Origin: Candidatus Multivorans sp.
GTDB taxonomy: Bacteria; Acidobacteriota; Thermoanaerobaculia; Multivoradales; Multivoraceae
NCBI GenBank assembly: GCA_965247095.1
Contig: OZ251997.1
Coordinates: 3,712,001-3,776,000, forward strand
Length of the DNA: 64,000 nt
Reading direction: 5' to 3'
Shown here: piece after piece, positions 1-9,640 of the stretch
Layout of the letters: each line of letters opens with the position of its first letter
Numbering within the stretch: the stretch's first letter is position 1
The notes under the pieces: generated by a model
The model's input: only the letters and a program-made list of their open reading frames with translations
What the model was told of the DNA's origin: nothing
The model's database searches: none
Translations under genes and position numbers: made by a program

Positions 1-2
1 TC

Positions 3-1127
3 GGAGACATCGGCAAGGTGACGTGGGCTGGTGGTGAGGCACAGGTTCTGGACACCCAGCGAACTCGTAAGGGCACCTTCCACCGCGTCGAAGTCACGCA
101 GGGCACCCTCAAAGCCGGCACGGACATCGAACTCCAGGTCGACCGCGAGCGCAGGGAGGCGGCCCAGCGCCACCACACGGCTACCCACCTGCTCCACGCG
201 GCCCTGCGCCAGCACCTCGGCACGGGGGTGCGTCAGGCCGGCTCCCTGGTCCACCCCGACCGGCTGCGCTTCGACTTCACTCACGGCGCTCCGGTGACCC
301 AGCCCCAGCAGGAGGCGATCGAGGACACCGTGAACGAGTGGGTGCGGCGGGCGGTGCAGGTCGAGATCGAGGAGCGCTCCTACGACGAAGCCGTGGCGGC
401 CGGCGCGATGGCGCTGTTCGGCGAGAAGTATCCCGACCGGGTGCGCACGGTGGAGGTGCCCGGATTCAGCCTCGAACTCTGCGGCGGCTGTCACGTCGGG
501 AACACGGGCGAGATCGGCCCCGTGACGCTGGTCGGCGAGCGCGGCGTGGCCGCGGGGGTGCGCCGCATCGAGGCGCTCGCGGGCGACCGCGCGGACCGTC
601 TGCACCGGCGCCAGGCGCACCTGTTGGCGGCGCTCGAGTCGGAGATCGGCGCTTCGGGAGAGCAGGCCGCGGTCGAGGTCCGGGCCCTCAAGGAGCGGCT
701 GCGGGAGGTGGAGCGTGAGCTGTCGAAACTCCGTCTCGGGTTGCTGGCCGGCGACGGGAAGCCGGAGCCCGGGCAGTCGGCCGGCGGCGACACCCGCTCC
801 ATCCATGGCGTCGAGGTCGTTCTGCGCGAGGTGCCGGCCTCGAACGTCGGCGAGCTGCGGAACCTCGCGGACGTCCTGCGGAGCAGACTCGGCTCGGGGG
901 TGGTCGTGCTCGGCGCGCGGGACGAGGGCAAGGTGAAGCTCGTCGCCTCCGTGACCCGGGACCTCCAGGACCGGGTCGATGCAGCGGCAGTGGCGCGGGC
1001 GATGGGCTCGGCGATCTCGGGCAGCGGCGGCGGCCGCCGCGACTTCGCCCAGGCCGGAGGCCGGGCCGAGAATCTCCTGCCGGCTTTCGCCGCCGCCGAA
1101 CGGCTCATCGAAGACAGCCTGAGCTAA
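3..1127 (+). CDS. alaS: alanyl-tRNA synthetase, C-terminal part (5' end outside window)
   Basis: Editing-domain motifs HHTATHLLHAALR, RLRFDFTH, ELCGGCHV, GVRRIEA; C-Ala motif GSGGGRRDFAQAGG; frame is open from position 3. Confidence 0.97.
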   Translation, partial: GDIGKVTWAGGEAQVLDTQRTRKGTFHRVEVTQGTLKAGTDIELQVDRERREAAQRHHTATHLLHAALRQHLGTGVRQAGSLVHPDRLRFDFTHGAPVTQPQQEAIEDTVNEWVRRAVQVEIEERSYDEAVAAGAMALFGEKYPDRVRTVEVPGFSLELCGGCHVGNTGEIGPVTLVGERGVAAGVRRIEALAGDRADRLHRRQAHLLAALESEIGASGEQAAVEVRALKERLREVERELSKLRLGLLAGDGKPEPGQSAGGDTRSIHGVEVVLREVPASNVGELRNLADVLRSRLGSGVVVLGARDEGKVKLVASVTRDLQDRVDAAAVARAMGSAISGSGGGRRDFAQAGGRAENLLPAFAAAERLIEDSLS

Positions 1128-1136
1128 GGGCAACGG

Positions 1137-1754
1137 ATGGCGACCGAACGCGAAACCGACCGGCAGCAGCCGGCGCCGCCGTCCCTTCGTGCCGGACTGA
1201 ATCTGCCGAACGCTCTGACCATCAGCCGTATCCTGATCGTCCCCCTGCTGGTCGTGGTCCTGCTGACCAAGATCAGTGGCTGGGAGTTCATCGGTCTCGG
1301 TCTGTTCCTGGCGGCCTCCCTGACCGACTTCCTCGACGGCTTCCTGGCCCGCCGCCGGAAGCAGGTGACGGCGCTCGGCAAGCTGCTCGACCCGGCGGCG
1401 GACAAGATCCTGACCTCGGCGGCGTTCATCTCCCTGGTCGGTCTCGGACTGGCGCCGGCCTGGATGGTGGTCGTCGTGGTGGCTCGGGAATTCGCGGTCT
1501 CGTCGTTGCGTTCGCTCGCCGCGGCCCAGAACGTGGTCCTGGCCGCGAGCTTTGCGGGCAAGGTCAAGACGACGACGCAGATCGTCGCCATCTCGCTGCT
1601 GATCATCTCGGACCAATTGGGCGCCTTGAACCTGCTGGCGCCGGTCTCGCTGTGGGTGGCCCTGGCCGCGACGCTCTACTCCGGCGTCGAGTACTTCATT
1701 CGCAACGGCCGCATGGTCCTGATGGCCTTCGGCGGCGCGCCGCGCGGGGAATGA
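1137..1754 (+). CDS. pgsA: CDP-diacylglycerol--glycerol-3-phosphate 3-phosphatidyltransferase
   Basis: NLPNALTISR; CDP-alcohol motif TDFLDGFLARR...GKLLDPAADK; GKVKT. Confidence 0.93.
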   Translation: MATERETDRQQPAPPSLRAGLNLPNALTISRILIVPLLVVVLLTKISGWEFIGLGLFLAASLTDFLDGFLARRRKQVTALGKLLDPAADKILTSAAFISLVGLGLAPAWMVVVVVAREFAVSSLRSLAAAQNVVLAASFAGKVKTTTQIVAISLLIISDQLGALNLLAPVSLWVALAATLYSGVEYFIRNGRMVLMAFGGAPRGE

Positions 1755-1839
1755 GCGGGAACGCGCCTGCCCGGCGGGCGTCCGTCGCTGGGCGCCGCTC
1801 AGCGGTCGTTGAGCTTCCCGGTTGCGGCGGGCTTCGACC

Positions 1840-4491
1840 GTGATTGAGCGCGTCCTGGCCTGGTCGGCCTCCTTCGCCCGGCGCCGCCATCGAGCCGTGT
1901 TCGTGGTCGCGGCGGTGCTGGCGGTGCTCTGCGTGTCGTCGGCGATGACACTCCGCTTCGACACCGAGATCCTGAACCTGCTGCCGGAGGACGATCCGGT
2001 GGTCACGACCTTCCGGTCGACCATCGAGGACTTCGGCAGTCTCGACTACCTGCTGGTGCTGGTTCGCCTGCCGGAGGACCAGCCCCTCGACCCGTACCTG
2101 TCCTTCGTGGACGAGCTCGGATCGTCGATGGAAGCGCTTGAGGAGATCGACTACGTCGAGTACGACATCGGCGAGTTGGCGGAACTGTTCGAGGTGTTCT
2201 CCGAGCACGCCTTCGTCTACCTCGACGAGCGGGGTCGGGAGGAAGTGGCGCGCCGGTTGACCGACGACGGCCTCAAGCTCCAGGTCGCCGAGCTGCGCCG
2301 GGGCTTGAGTTCCCCTCAGGCGCTGGTGCTGCGCGACCTGATGCTGCTGGACCCGTTGGACATTCACGAGGTTTTGGCGGAGCAGATCGAATTCACTCGC
2401 GGTGGCCTGAAGGTCGACTGGACTTCGGGCTACTTTCTCTCCAGGGACCGCTCGCGGGCGCTTATGATCGCGCGCCCCGCGCAGCCGGCTCAGGAGATCG
2501 AGTTCGGCCGCCGGTTGCTGGCGTCCATCGACGAGTTGACGGCGGATCTGCTGGCTCGCTGGCCGGTGACCGCCGGCGAGGATGCGGACGGCGAGCCGTT
2601 GCCGGCGCCGGAGGTGGCTTTCGGCGGCACGTACGTGACGGCCGTCTCGGATGCGGGCACGATCGTCAGCGGACTGGTCTCGAATGTGGCGACCTCCCTG
2701 GTCGGCGTGCTGCTCCTGTTCGCCCTGGCGTTCAGGCGCGTCGGCCTGATCGTCTATGCCTTCGTGCCACTCGCCTTCGGGCTGGTGCTGGCCTTCGGTT
2801 TCGCCGGCGCCGTGCTCGGTGAGCTGAATGCCCTGACCAGCGGCTTCGCGGCCCTGCTGGTCGGCCTGGGGATCGACTTCGTGATCGTGTCCTACGGACG
2901 CTACGTCGAGGAACGGCGCCGCGGGGCCGACCTCGAGGCGGCCCTGGTGGCGATGAGCGGCTCCTCGGGCCGCGCGGTCTGGACCGGCGCCATCACCACC
3001 GCGGCGACCTTCTACGCGTTCATGGTGACCGACTTCGTGGGGCTGCGGCAGATGGGGCTCCTGACCGGCACCGGCATCCTCTTCTGCATGGTTTCGGTGC
3101 TCGTGCTGCTGCCGGCGATGCTGGCCTGGCGGGAGGACCACCGCCGGACGGGGGGACGGATGCCGAGACTCGTGCTGCACGGTCTCGGCGCCCGCCGGCT
3201 GGTCCGCTGGAGCTTCGAACGGCCGGTTCTGGTGATCTGCGCCTGTGCCGTGGTCACCGCGGCCACCGGCGCCCTTGCCCCGCGCCTGGAGTTCGAGGAC
3301 GCGATCAGGCAGTTGCGCCCCCAGGGGAACCCGGGCGTCGAGGTCCAGGATGAGGTCGCCGAGTACTTCGGATCGGGACTGAACTACACGATGATCGTGC
3401 TCTCGGGCGCCACCGAGGATGAAGTCCTGGAACTCTCCATCCGGGCCGAGGAGGGAGCTCGCGAACTGGTGAACAGCGGAGTACTCACCGGGACGGACGG
3501 GATCGGCAGCCTGGTTCCCTCGCCGGCCGGCCAGGCCGCGGGACACGACTGGCTCGCTCGTCACCGGGAGCTGCTAGCCAGGGAGCGCCTGCACGAGCTG
3601 TTCGAGCGCTATGCAACCGAGGAGGGCCTGCGCGCGGCGCCTTTCCGCCGGGGTATCGATCTGCTCGCCGACGCCGGGGCCAACCGCGAGCCGGTGACAG
3701 TGGCAACGCTGCGCGAATCGCCCCAGATCGAACGAATGCTGGAACGCTACATGAGCCGGAACGAGGGCGAGGCCAAGTTGGTCGTCTACCTGTACCCGCC
3801 GCCGGGCATGTGGCGCCGGAGTGCGCCGCCGGGGGCGTTTGAACTCGCGGAGCGGTTGGGCCCGCAGGCCCAGGTCACCGGCGTGAACGTGGTCGGCGAA
3901 CGGCTGCGGAACGGCATTCGCGTCGATGCGGTGACGGCTTCGATCATCGGCTTCATTCTGGTTGCCCTGCTCCTGTTCCTGGACTACCGCTGGCTGGCCA
4001 GCACTCTGCTGTCCCTGCTGCCCCTGTGCATCGGTGTGGTCTGGATGCTCGGGATCATGGTCCTGATCGGCCTCGACATGAACTTCTTCAACGTGTTCGT
4101 CGTTACCATGATCATCGGCATCGGCGTCGACTACGGGGTGCACATGGTCCATCGCTGGCGCGAGATCGGCTTCGGACCCGACGCGCTGGAGGGCGATCGT
4201 CTGGTCGCGGCCCTGGGCGAGACCGGCAAGGCGATCGTGCTCGCCGCCATCTCGACCAGCGTCGGCTTCGGATCGCTCGCCCTGTCGCACTACCCGGGCC
4301 TGCGCTCGATGGGCATCGTCGCCATCCTCGGCGCCGTGGCCACCGCCCTGGTCTCGATCACGCTGCTGCCGGCCCTCGTCGCGCTCGGCCGCCTGCGCGC
4401 GGCGAGAGAAGGCGCTCCTGGGAACGCGGGCATCCTGCCCGCATCCGGCGCGAAGCGCCGGTCCGGCGACGCTGGGGCTGGGCTCGGCTGA
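1840..4491 (+). CDS. MMPL/RND-family membrane transporter (probable lipid exporter)
   Basis: Two halves, each with a large loop plus TM bundle; GLGIDF and GIGVDYGVH motifs; GTG start at 1840 is my choice; TGATG overlap with ffh. Confidence 0.85.
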   Translation: MIERVLAWSASFARRRHRAVFVVAAVLAVLCVSSAMTLRFDTEILNLLPEDDPVVTTFRSTIEDFGSLDYLLVLVRLPEDQPLDPYLSFVDELGSSMEALEEIDYVEYDIGELAELFEVFSEHAFVYLDERGREEVARRLTDDGLKLQVAELRRGLSSPQALVLRDLMLLDPLDIHEVLAEQIEFTRGGLKVDWTSGYFLSRDRSRALMIARPAQPAQEIEFGRRLLASIDELTADLLARWPVTAGEDADGEPLPAPEVAFGGTYVTAVSDAGTIVSGLVSNVATSLVGVLLLFALAFRRVGLIVYAFVPLAFGLVLAFGFAGAVLGELNALTSGFAALLVGLGIDFVIVSYGRYVEERRRGADLEAALVAMSGSSGRAVWTGAITTAATFYAFMVTDFVGLRQMGLLTGTGILFCMVSVLVLLPAMLAWREDHRRTGGRMPRLVLHGLGARRLVRWSFERPVLVICACAVVTAATGALAPRLEFEDAIRQLRPQGNPGVEVQDEVAEYFGSGLNYTMIVLSGATEDEVLELSIRAEEGARELVNSGVLTGTDGIGSLVPSPAGQAAGHDWLARHRELLARERLHELFERYATEEGLRAAPFRRGIDLLADAGANREPVTVATLRESPQIERMLERYMSRNEGEAKLVVYLYPPPGMWRRSAPPGAFELAERLGPQAQVTGVNVVGERLRNGIRVDAVTASIIGFILVALLLFLDYRWLASTLLSLLPLCIGVVWMLGIMVLIGLDMNFFNVFVVTMIIGIGVDYGVHMVHRWREIGFGPDALEGDRLVAALGETGKAIVLAAISTSVGFGSLALSHYPGLRSMGIVAILGAVATALVSITLLPALVALGRLRAAREGAPGNAGILPASGAKRRSGDAGAGLG

Positions 4492-5804
4492 TGTTCGAGG
4501 GTCTTCAGGACAAGCTCCAGGGGGTCTTCCGTTCCCTGCGCTCGGAGGGCCGCATCTCGCAGGACGACGTGCGGCGGGCGGTGCGCCAGATTCGCCTCGC
4601 TCTGCTGGAGGCGGATGTCCACGTTCGGGTCGTCCGCTCCTTCGTCGGGCGCGTGCAGGAGCAGGCGCTGGGCGATGACGTGCTGAGCAGTTTGACCCCC
4701 GATCAGCACATGGTCCGTATCGTGCGCGACGAGCTGGTCGCCGTGCTCGGGGAGCCGGGGCAGGAGCTCCAGCTCGAGGGCCGTCCGGCGGTGGTCGTGC
4801 TCTGCGGCCTCCAGGGCTCCGGCAAGACGACCACCGCGGGCAAGCTGGCGCTGCGGCTGCGCGGCCAGGGCCGGAGACCCGTGCTGGCAGCCGCGGACCT
4901 CAGGCGGGCGGCCGCGGTGGAGCAGCTCAAGCAGGTCGGCGCCGCGGCGGACACGGCGGTGCTGGCGCCGCGGGCGGGCGAGGAGTTGCAGGCGTTCGCC
5001 GGTCGGGCTGTTGAGGCGGCGCTAGACGGGGGCTTCGACACGCTGATCTTCGACACCGCCGGCAGGCTCCACGTCGATGCCGAGTCGATGGCGGAACTCC
5101 GGGAGCTGGTGGACCGGGTCCGCCCGTGCGAGACGCTGTTCGTCTGCGACGCGATGACCGGCCAGGACGCGGTCAAGAGCGCCGCCGCCTTCGCCGAGGG
5201 AGCGCCGCTCACCGGCGCGGTGATGACCAAGCTCGACGGCGACGCCCGTGGCGGCGCCGCGCTGTCTCTGCGGGGAGTCACCGAGGTCCCGCTTCGCTTC
5301 GTCGGCGTGGGCGAGAAGCTCGAGGAACTCGAGACCTTCGCACCGGATCGGATCGCGTCCCGCATCCTCGGCATGGGCGACGTGCTGTCCCTGATCGAGA
5401 AGGCCGAGCGCGTCACAGGCCGCCAGGAAACCGAGCGCCTCGCGGAGCGCATCGCCCGGCAGGAGTTCACACTCGAGGACCTGCGCGACCAGTTGCGCCA
5501 GTTGCGCCGCATGGGACCGCTGTCCCAGCTCCTCGAGCTGCTGCCGGGGCAGTTCCGCGGCGCGAACGTGGCCGACGCCGTCGACGAGAGCCGGCTGGTG
5601 GGGGTCACCGCCCTGATCGATTCGATGACGCCGCGCGAACGGCGGAACCCGGCGATCCTGAATGCCAGCCGGCGTCGCCGCATCGCCCGCGGCGCCGGCC
5701 GCACGGTCCAGGAACTGAACCAGTTGATCAAGCAGTACCGCCAGATGCGCAAGCTGATGAAGCGCACCCGGGGCAAGTGGATGAAGGGCATCCGGGGGAT
5801 GTAG
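4491..5804 (+). CDS. ffh: signal recognition particle protein
   Basis: MFEGLQDKL, ALLEADV, GLQGSGKTT, DTAGR, TKLDGDARGG, M domain; ATG at 4491. Confidence 0.97.
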   Translation: MFEGLQDKLQGVFRSLRSEGRISQDDVRRAVRQIRLALLEADVHVRVVRSFVGRVQEQALGDDVLSSLTPDQHMVRIVRDELVAVLGEPGQELQLEGRPAVVVLCGLQGSGKTTTAGKLALRLRGQGRRPVLAAADLRRAAAVEQLKQVGAAADTAVLAPRAGEELQAFAGRAVEAALDGGFDTLIFDTAGRLHVDAESMAELRELVDRVRPCETLFVCDAMTGQDAVKSAAAFAEGAPLTGAVMTKLDGDARGGAALSLRGVTEVPLRFVGVGEKLEELETFAPDRIASRILGMGDVLSLIEKAERVTGRQETERLAERIARQEFTLEDLRDQLRQLRRMGPLSQLLELLPGQFRGANVADAVDESRLVGVTALIDSMTPRERRNPAILNASRRRRIARGAGRTVQELNQLIKQYRQMRKLMKRTRGKWMKGIRGM

Positions 5805-5937
5805 AGGCGCTGCCGGCTTCGCTTCCCTTCAGTCACGGTCGCTGCCGGGATCGGGAGTAGAGTTGACCGTTGGCTTTCGGGCGTGGTACTCCCGCGCGCC
5901 CCAAACTTGGTCTGCGTCCAGAGGAAGGGACCTGGCG

Positions 5938-6453
5938 ATGGATAGGACCGAACACCTGATCAGCCGTTGGCGCGAAGAGGGGATCGAGATGGTCTACCCT
6001 CTCCTGTTCCGATTCCGTACGTCGGTTCTCGGTGAAGGCTGGGTTGCGGGTGTCGAACTGCACGGCGGCGCTGTCGTGACGAAGGAAGCGAGCGGCGAGT
6101 ACATCGCGCACGGTCTGAAGCCTGGTGGCGTTGCAGGCGTCGGGTCGACCCTGATCGAGGCCTACCAGAGCTACAAGGAGGACGTGCAGGTCATCCTCTA
6201 CGACATGGCCGGCAGCGAGCCGTTTGACGCCTTCCGGGACAAAGTTCTTCGGTTCTTCGACAGCGCCGATGCCTGGGGAGAGGCGAAGTTCGAGGAAGGT
6301 CGGCAGATGGTTGTGGCCGGCAGGGTCGAAAGCTCACTCTCCTTGGAGCCGAATCCGGAACACCGCGCCAGCGTCGTCGAGTTGGAGCTTCGCTCGAAGA
6401 ACAATCCCGTCTTGCCCGCGGGAGAGAATCTACCGGTCCAACTTGCCGCCTGA
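5938..6453 (+). CDS. hypothetical protein with HicB-like (partial RNase H fold) segment
   Basis: GEYIAHGLKPGGVAGVGSTLIEAYQSYKEDVQVIL resembles the HicB pattern; SD GAGGAAGG before ATG 5938 (alternative ATG 5989); TTGACC-N18-TACTCC upstream. Confidence 0.55.
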   Translation: MDRTEHLISRWREEGIEMVYPLLFRFRTSVLGEGWVAGVELHGGAVVTKEASGEYIAHGLKPGGVAGVGSTLIEAYQSYKEDVQVILYDMAGSEPFDAFRDKVLRFFDSADAWGEAKFEEGRQMVVAGRVESSLSLEPNPEHRASVVELELRSKNNPVLPAGENLPVQLAA

Positions 6454-6461
6454 AGAGATCG

Positions 6462-6567
6462 GTGCCTCAGGCCCCGCTCAACAAGGTGTTCAGGATGCTG
6501 GACGAGTGTGCCCCGACGATTCGTGATCATGGACTGCGCCCGGCGAGTTCTGGCGCAGCTGCGATAA
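6462..6567 (+). pseudogene. possible internally deleted remnant of a small partner (toxin-like) gene
   Basis: GTG 6462 gives VPQAPLNKVFRMLDECAP; a second frame gives IMDCARRVLAQLR-TAA (6565-6567); both look protein-like but are out of frame and only about 100 nt in total. Confidence 0.35.
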
Positions 6568-6693
6568 CGGGTCACGCGCGCGACCCAACACCCTGCTAGA
6601 CTGCGCGGCTCGGTCGTCGCCCGGGCTGGGCTGGCCGTAGCCGTGCTCCTGGACTGTAGGTCCGGCGACGAACAACTCTGGAAGAGAAGAAAC

Positions 6694-6942
6694 ATGGTGA
6701 AGATAAGACTCCGGCGCATGGGTTCGCGCCACAGACCCTTCTACCGCGTCGTCGTGTCCGACAGCCGGAAGGTCCCCTCGTCGAGGGTGATTGAGGAGCT
6801 CGGGCACTACGATCCGTGCAAGGACCCGGTGGTCATCCGGCTCAAGACGGACCGCATTGACCATTGGGTCTCGCGGGGAGCGCAGGTCACGGACACCGTT
6901 CGGGGTCTGGTGCGCCGGGCGGCCGCCACGGCGGAATCCTAG
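6694..6942 (+). CDS. rpsP: 30S ribosomal protein S16
   Basis: MVKIRLRRMGSRHRPFYRVVVSDSR...IEELGHYDP. Confidence 0.97.
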   Translation: MVKIRLRRMGSRHRPFYRVVVSDSRKVPSSRVIEELGHYDPCKDPVVIRLKTDRIDHWVSRGAQVTDTVRGLVRRAAATAES

Positions 6943-6945
6943 GGC

Positions 6946-7191
6946 GTGTCAGAGGTCGCCGATCAGCTCGCCGGCGTCATTCGGTCGATCGTCGATCGGC
7001 CCGAGGCGGTTCGGGTCGAGGAGATCGAGGAAGAGGACGCGATCGTGCTGCAGGTGGAGGTCGCGCCGGAGGAACTCGGGCGGGTGATCGGCCGCCAGGG
7101 ACGCAGCGTCAGGTCGCTGCGCGCGCTGCTCGAGGTGCGCGGGGCCGAGACCGGCGAGTACTACGAAGTCGAGATCGTCGAACCGGATTAG
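6946..7191 (+). CDS. khpA: KH-domain RNA-binding protein
   Basis: GRVIGRQGR GxxG loop; conserved position after rpsP. Confidence 0.9.
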   Translation: MSEVADQLAGVIRSIVDRPEAVRVEEIEEEDAIVLQVEVAPEELGRVIGRQGRSVRSLRALLEVRGAETGEYYEVEIVEPD

Positions 7192-7219
7192 TGGAGCCAG
7201 CGCCGATCCGGGGCCGGAG

Positions 7220-7798
7220 GTGAGGATGGATCAGGCGCCGCAATCGGTCCGTAGCGACGACACGGAGATGATCGCCGTCGGCTCTGTCCTGCGGGCTCAC
7301 GGCCTGCGCGGCGAAGTGCTGGTCTTGTCCGACAGCCAGAACCCGGCCCGGTTCGTGAGTGGTTCGGAACTCTTCGTGCGTGACGGGCCCCGCCTGCGCC
7401 GGCTGGAGGTTGCGTCGAGCCGGCCGCATCGGGGTCGCGAACTGGTTCAGTTCGTGGACGTGACGGACCGCGACGGGGCGGACGCGCTTCGTGGCGCTCT
7501 GCTTGAGGTTCCCGAGGAGAGTGTGCCGGTGGCGGAAGAGGGCACGTTCTACTACTTCGAACTGATCGGTTGCCGGGTTGTGGACAGGGAACTGGGCGAT
7601 CTGGGCGAGGTCACCGAGGTCGTCGAGGACGGCGGCGGTGTGCTGCTTTCGGTGGCGCGGCCGGCCGATGGCGGCGGCGGCCGCTCGGTGCTGATCCCAT
7701 TCGCCAACCGACTGCTGCCGGAGATCAACGTCGAGGAGCGCCTGATCCGGAGCGACCTGCCCGAGGGCCTGCTGGAAACATGCGGATCGACGTCATAA
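7220..7798 (+). CDS. rimM: 16S rRNA processing protein RimM
   Basis: HGLRGEV, FYYFELIGC, LIPF; synteny. Confidence 0.93.
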   Translation: MRMDQAPQSVRSDDTEMIAVGSVLRAHGLRGEVLVLSDSQNPARFVSGSELFVRDGPRLRRLEVASSRPHRGRELVQFVDVTDRDGADALRGALLEVPEESVPVAEEGTFYYFELIGCRVVDRELGDLGEVTEVVEDGGGVLLSVARPADGGGGRSVLIPFANRLLPEINVEERLIRSDLPEGLLETCGSTS

Positions 7799-8502
7799 CC
7801 ATCCTGCCGGGGGTCTTTGGGGAGTTCCTGGAGGCGAGCCTGATCGGTCGGGCGAGAGCCGCCGGCCTGCTCGACGTGCGCGTTCACGACCTGCGCGACT
7901 ACACCGACGATCCCCACCGGAGCGTCGATGACGAGCCCTACGGCGGCGGCGGCGGGATGGTGATGACGGCCCCGCCCTGGCTCAAGGCGGTGCGGGCCGT
8001 GGCCGGCGGCGATTCCCGCGCCCACCGCATCCTGCTCTCGCCGCAGGGAGAGCGTCTGGACGATGCGAAGGTCCAGAGTCTGGCGCACAAGAAGCGGCTG
8101 GTGCTCCTGTGCGGACGCTACGAGGCGGTCGACGAGAGGGTGCGCGCGCTGGTTGTCGACTCTGAGTTGTCGATCGGCGACTATGTGCTGTCGGGAGGCG
8201 AGGCGCCGGCGATGGTCGTCGTCGAGGCGATCTCGCGCCAGGTCCCCGGGGTCGTGGGGCGGCATTCCTCGGTCGTGAACGAGAGCTTCCGCTCCGGCCT
8301 CCTCGACTACCCGCACTACACCCGCCCGCCGATCGTGGAGGGCATCGAGGTGCCGGAAGTGCTGCGATCGGGCGACCATGGCCGCATCGACGCGTGGCGC
8401 CGGGAGCAGGCGCTGGAGGCCACGCGCCGGAAGCGGCCGGACCTGCTGGGCAAGGAAGCCTCCGCGCCAGAGGTTGCGCCCAGGGCGCCGAACAGGCGAT
8501 AA
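7780..8502 (+). CDS. trmD: tRNA (guanine37-N1)-methyltransferase
   Basis: MRIDVITILP, VDDEPYGGGGGMV, LSPQG, CGRYE, SIGDYVLSGGE, YPHYTRP. Confidence 0.97.
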   Translation: MRIDVITILPGVFGEFLEASLIGRARAAGLLDVRVHDLRDYTDDPHRSVDDEPYGGGGGMVMTAPPWLKAVRAVAGGDSRAHRILLSPQGERLDDAKVQSLAHKKRLVLLCGRYEAVDERVRALVVDSELSIGDYVLSGGEAPAMVVVEAISRQVPGVVGRHSSVVNESFRSGLLDYPHYTRPPIVEGIEVPEVLRSGDHGRIDAWRREQALEATRRKRPDLLGKEASAPEVAPRAPNRR

Positions 8503-8634
8503 TCCGCATCTTGCCGCTTCGCGGTGCGCGGGCTGGATGTCAATCCGCCGGTTTCGCACGAGGGGCGCGAAGCCGATCAGCAGATAACGAAGCCGCAGGG
8601 TCAGAACTTGCGGCCCAGGCACAGGTGACATGCA

Positions 8635-8982
8635 ATGCACGATCTACAGCAGGTGGAGCAGGAGTACGTGCAGCAGGGCCTGCCCGAGTTTCGGGCAGGT
8701 GACACGATCAAGGTTCACGTCCGGGTCAGAGAGGGCGCCAAGGAGCGGATCCAGATCTTCCAGGGTATGGTGATCGCCCGCCGCGGCAGCGGCACCCGGG
8801 AGACCTTCACCGTGCGCAAGGTCTCGGGAGGCATCGGCGTCGAGCGAATCTTCCCGCTTCATTCGCCGGTGATCGGCCAGATCGAGGTCGTGCGCCGGGG
8901 CAAGGTGCGCCGCGCCAAGCTCTACTACCTGCGGAAACTGCGCGGCCGCGCCGCCCGTATCGAGGAGCTCCGCAAGCGCTGA
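8635..8982 (+). CDS. rplS: 50S ribosomal protein L19
   Basis: [35 protein letters not shown]. Confidence 0.98.
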   Translation: MHDLQQVEQEYVQQGLPEFRAGDTIKVHVRVREGAKERIQIFQGMVIARRGSGTRETFTVRKVSGGIGVERIFPLHSPVIGQIEVVRRGKVRRAKLYYLRKLRGRAARIEELRKR

Positions 8983-9023
8983 CCGTCATCGGCCTGATCG
9001 CCGAGACGTACCGCCTGCGCCTG

Positions 9024-9632
9024 ATGCGCGGGCTCGAGCAGCAGTTCGCGACGGCCGGCTACGGGCTGGTCGCCGGCGTCGACGAAGCGGGGCGGGGTTG
9101 TCTCGCCGGCCCGGTGGTTGCGGCGGCGGTCGTGGTTTCGCCGGACTGCCTGATTCCCGGCGTCGACGACAGCAAACGGCTGACCGCGCCGCGGCGGGAG
9201 CGGTTGGCCGAGGCGATCAAGCAGCGGGCGGCTGCGTGGTCGGTTGCGATGGGCGACGCCGCATTGATCGACCGCATCAACGTGCTCGAGGCCACCCGCT
9301 GGGCGATGAGGAGTGCGCTGCGGTCACTGACGGTTCGACCCGCCGTCGCCCTCGTCGATGCGGTGCGGCTCGATGCGGTGGACGTGTGCGGCGCCGAGGT
9401 GCCGACCCTGCCCCTGGTGCGTGCCGATTCCCTCAGTTTCGCCGTCGCCTGCGCGTCGATCATCGCCAAGACGCACCGGGACCGCCTGATGGCGGCGTAC
9501 GACCGGCAGTACCCGGGCTTCGGGTTCGCCAGCCACAAGGGGTACGCGTCGGAGCATCACCGCGCCGCGCTCAGGGAACTGGGGCCGACGCCGCTTCACC
9601 GTCTGACGTTCCGCTCCGTGCTGCCGACGTAA
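9024..9632 (+). CDS. rnhB: ribonuclease HII (true start may be an upstream CTG at 8979 or 8994)
   Basis: AGVDEAGRGCLAGPV, DDSK, ASIIAK..RD, HKGY, HRLTF. Confidence 0.95.
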   Translation: MRGLEQQFATAGYGLVAGVDEAGRGCLAGPVVAAAVVVSPDCLIPGVDDSKRLTAPRRERLAEAIKQRAAAWSVAMGDAALIDRINVLEATRWAMRSALRSLTVRPAVALVDAVRLDAVDVCGAEVPTLPLVRADSLSFAVACASIIAKTHRDRLMAAYDRQYPGFGFASHKGYASEHHRAALRELGPTPLHRLTFRSVLPT

Positions 9633-9640
9633 GATGGGGC

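Noticed and set aside
1840-4491. MMPL transporter as part of a biosynthetic cluster
   Set aside because: No biosynthetic genes adjacent; substrate cannot be inferred
5805-6693. SRP RNA (ffs) near ffh
   Set aside because: No helix-8 CAGG..GGAAG..AGCAG motif found by eye
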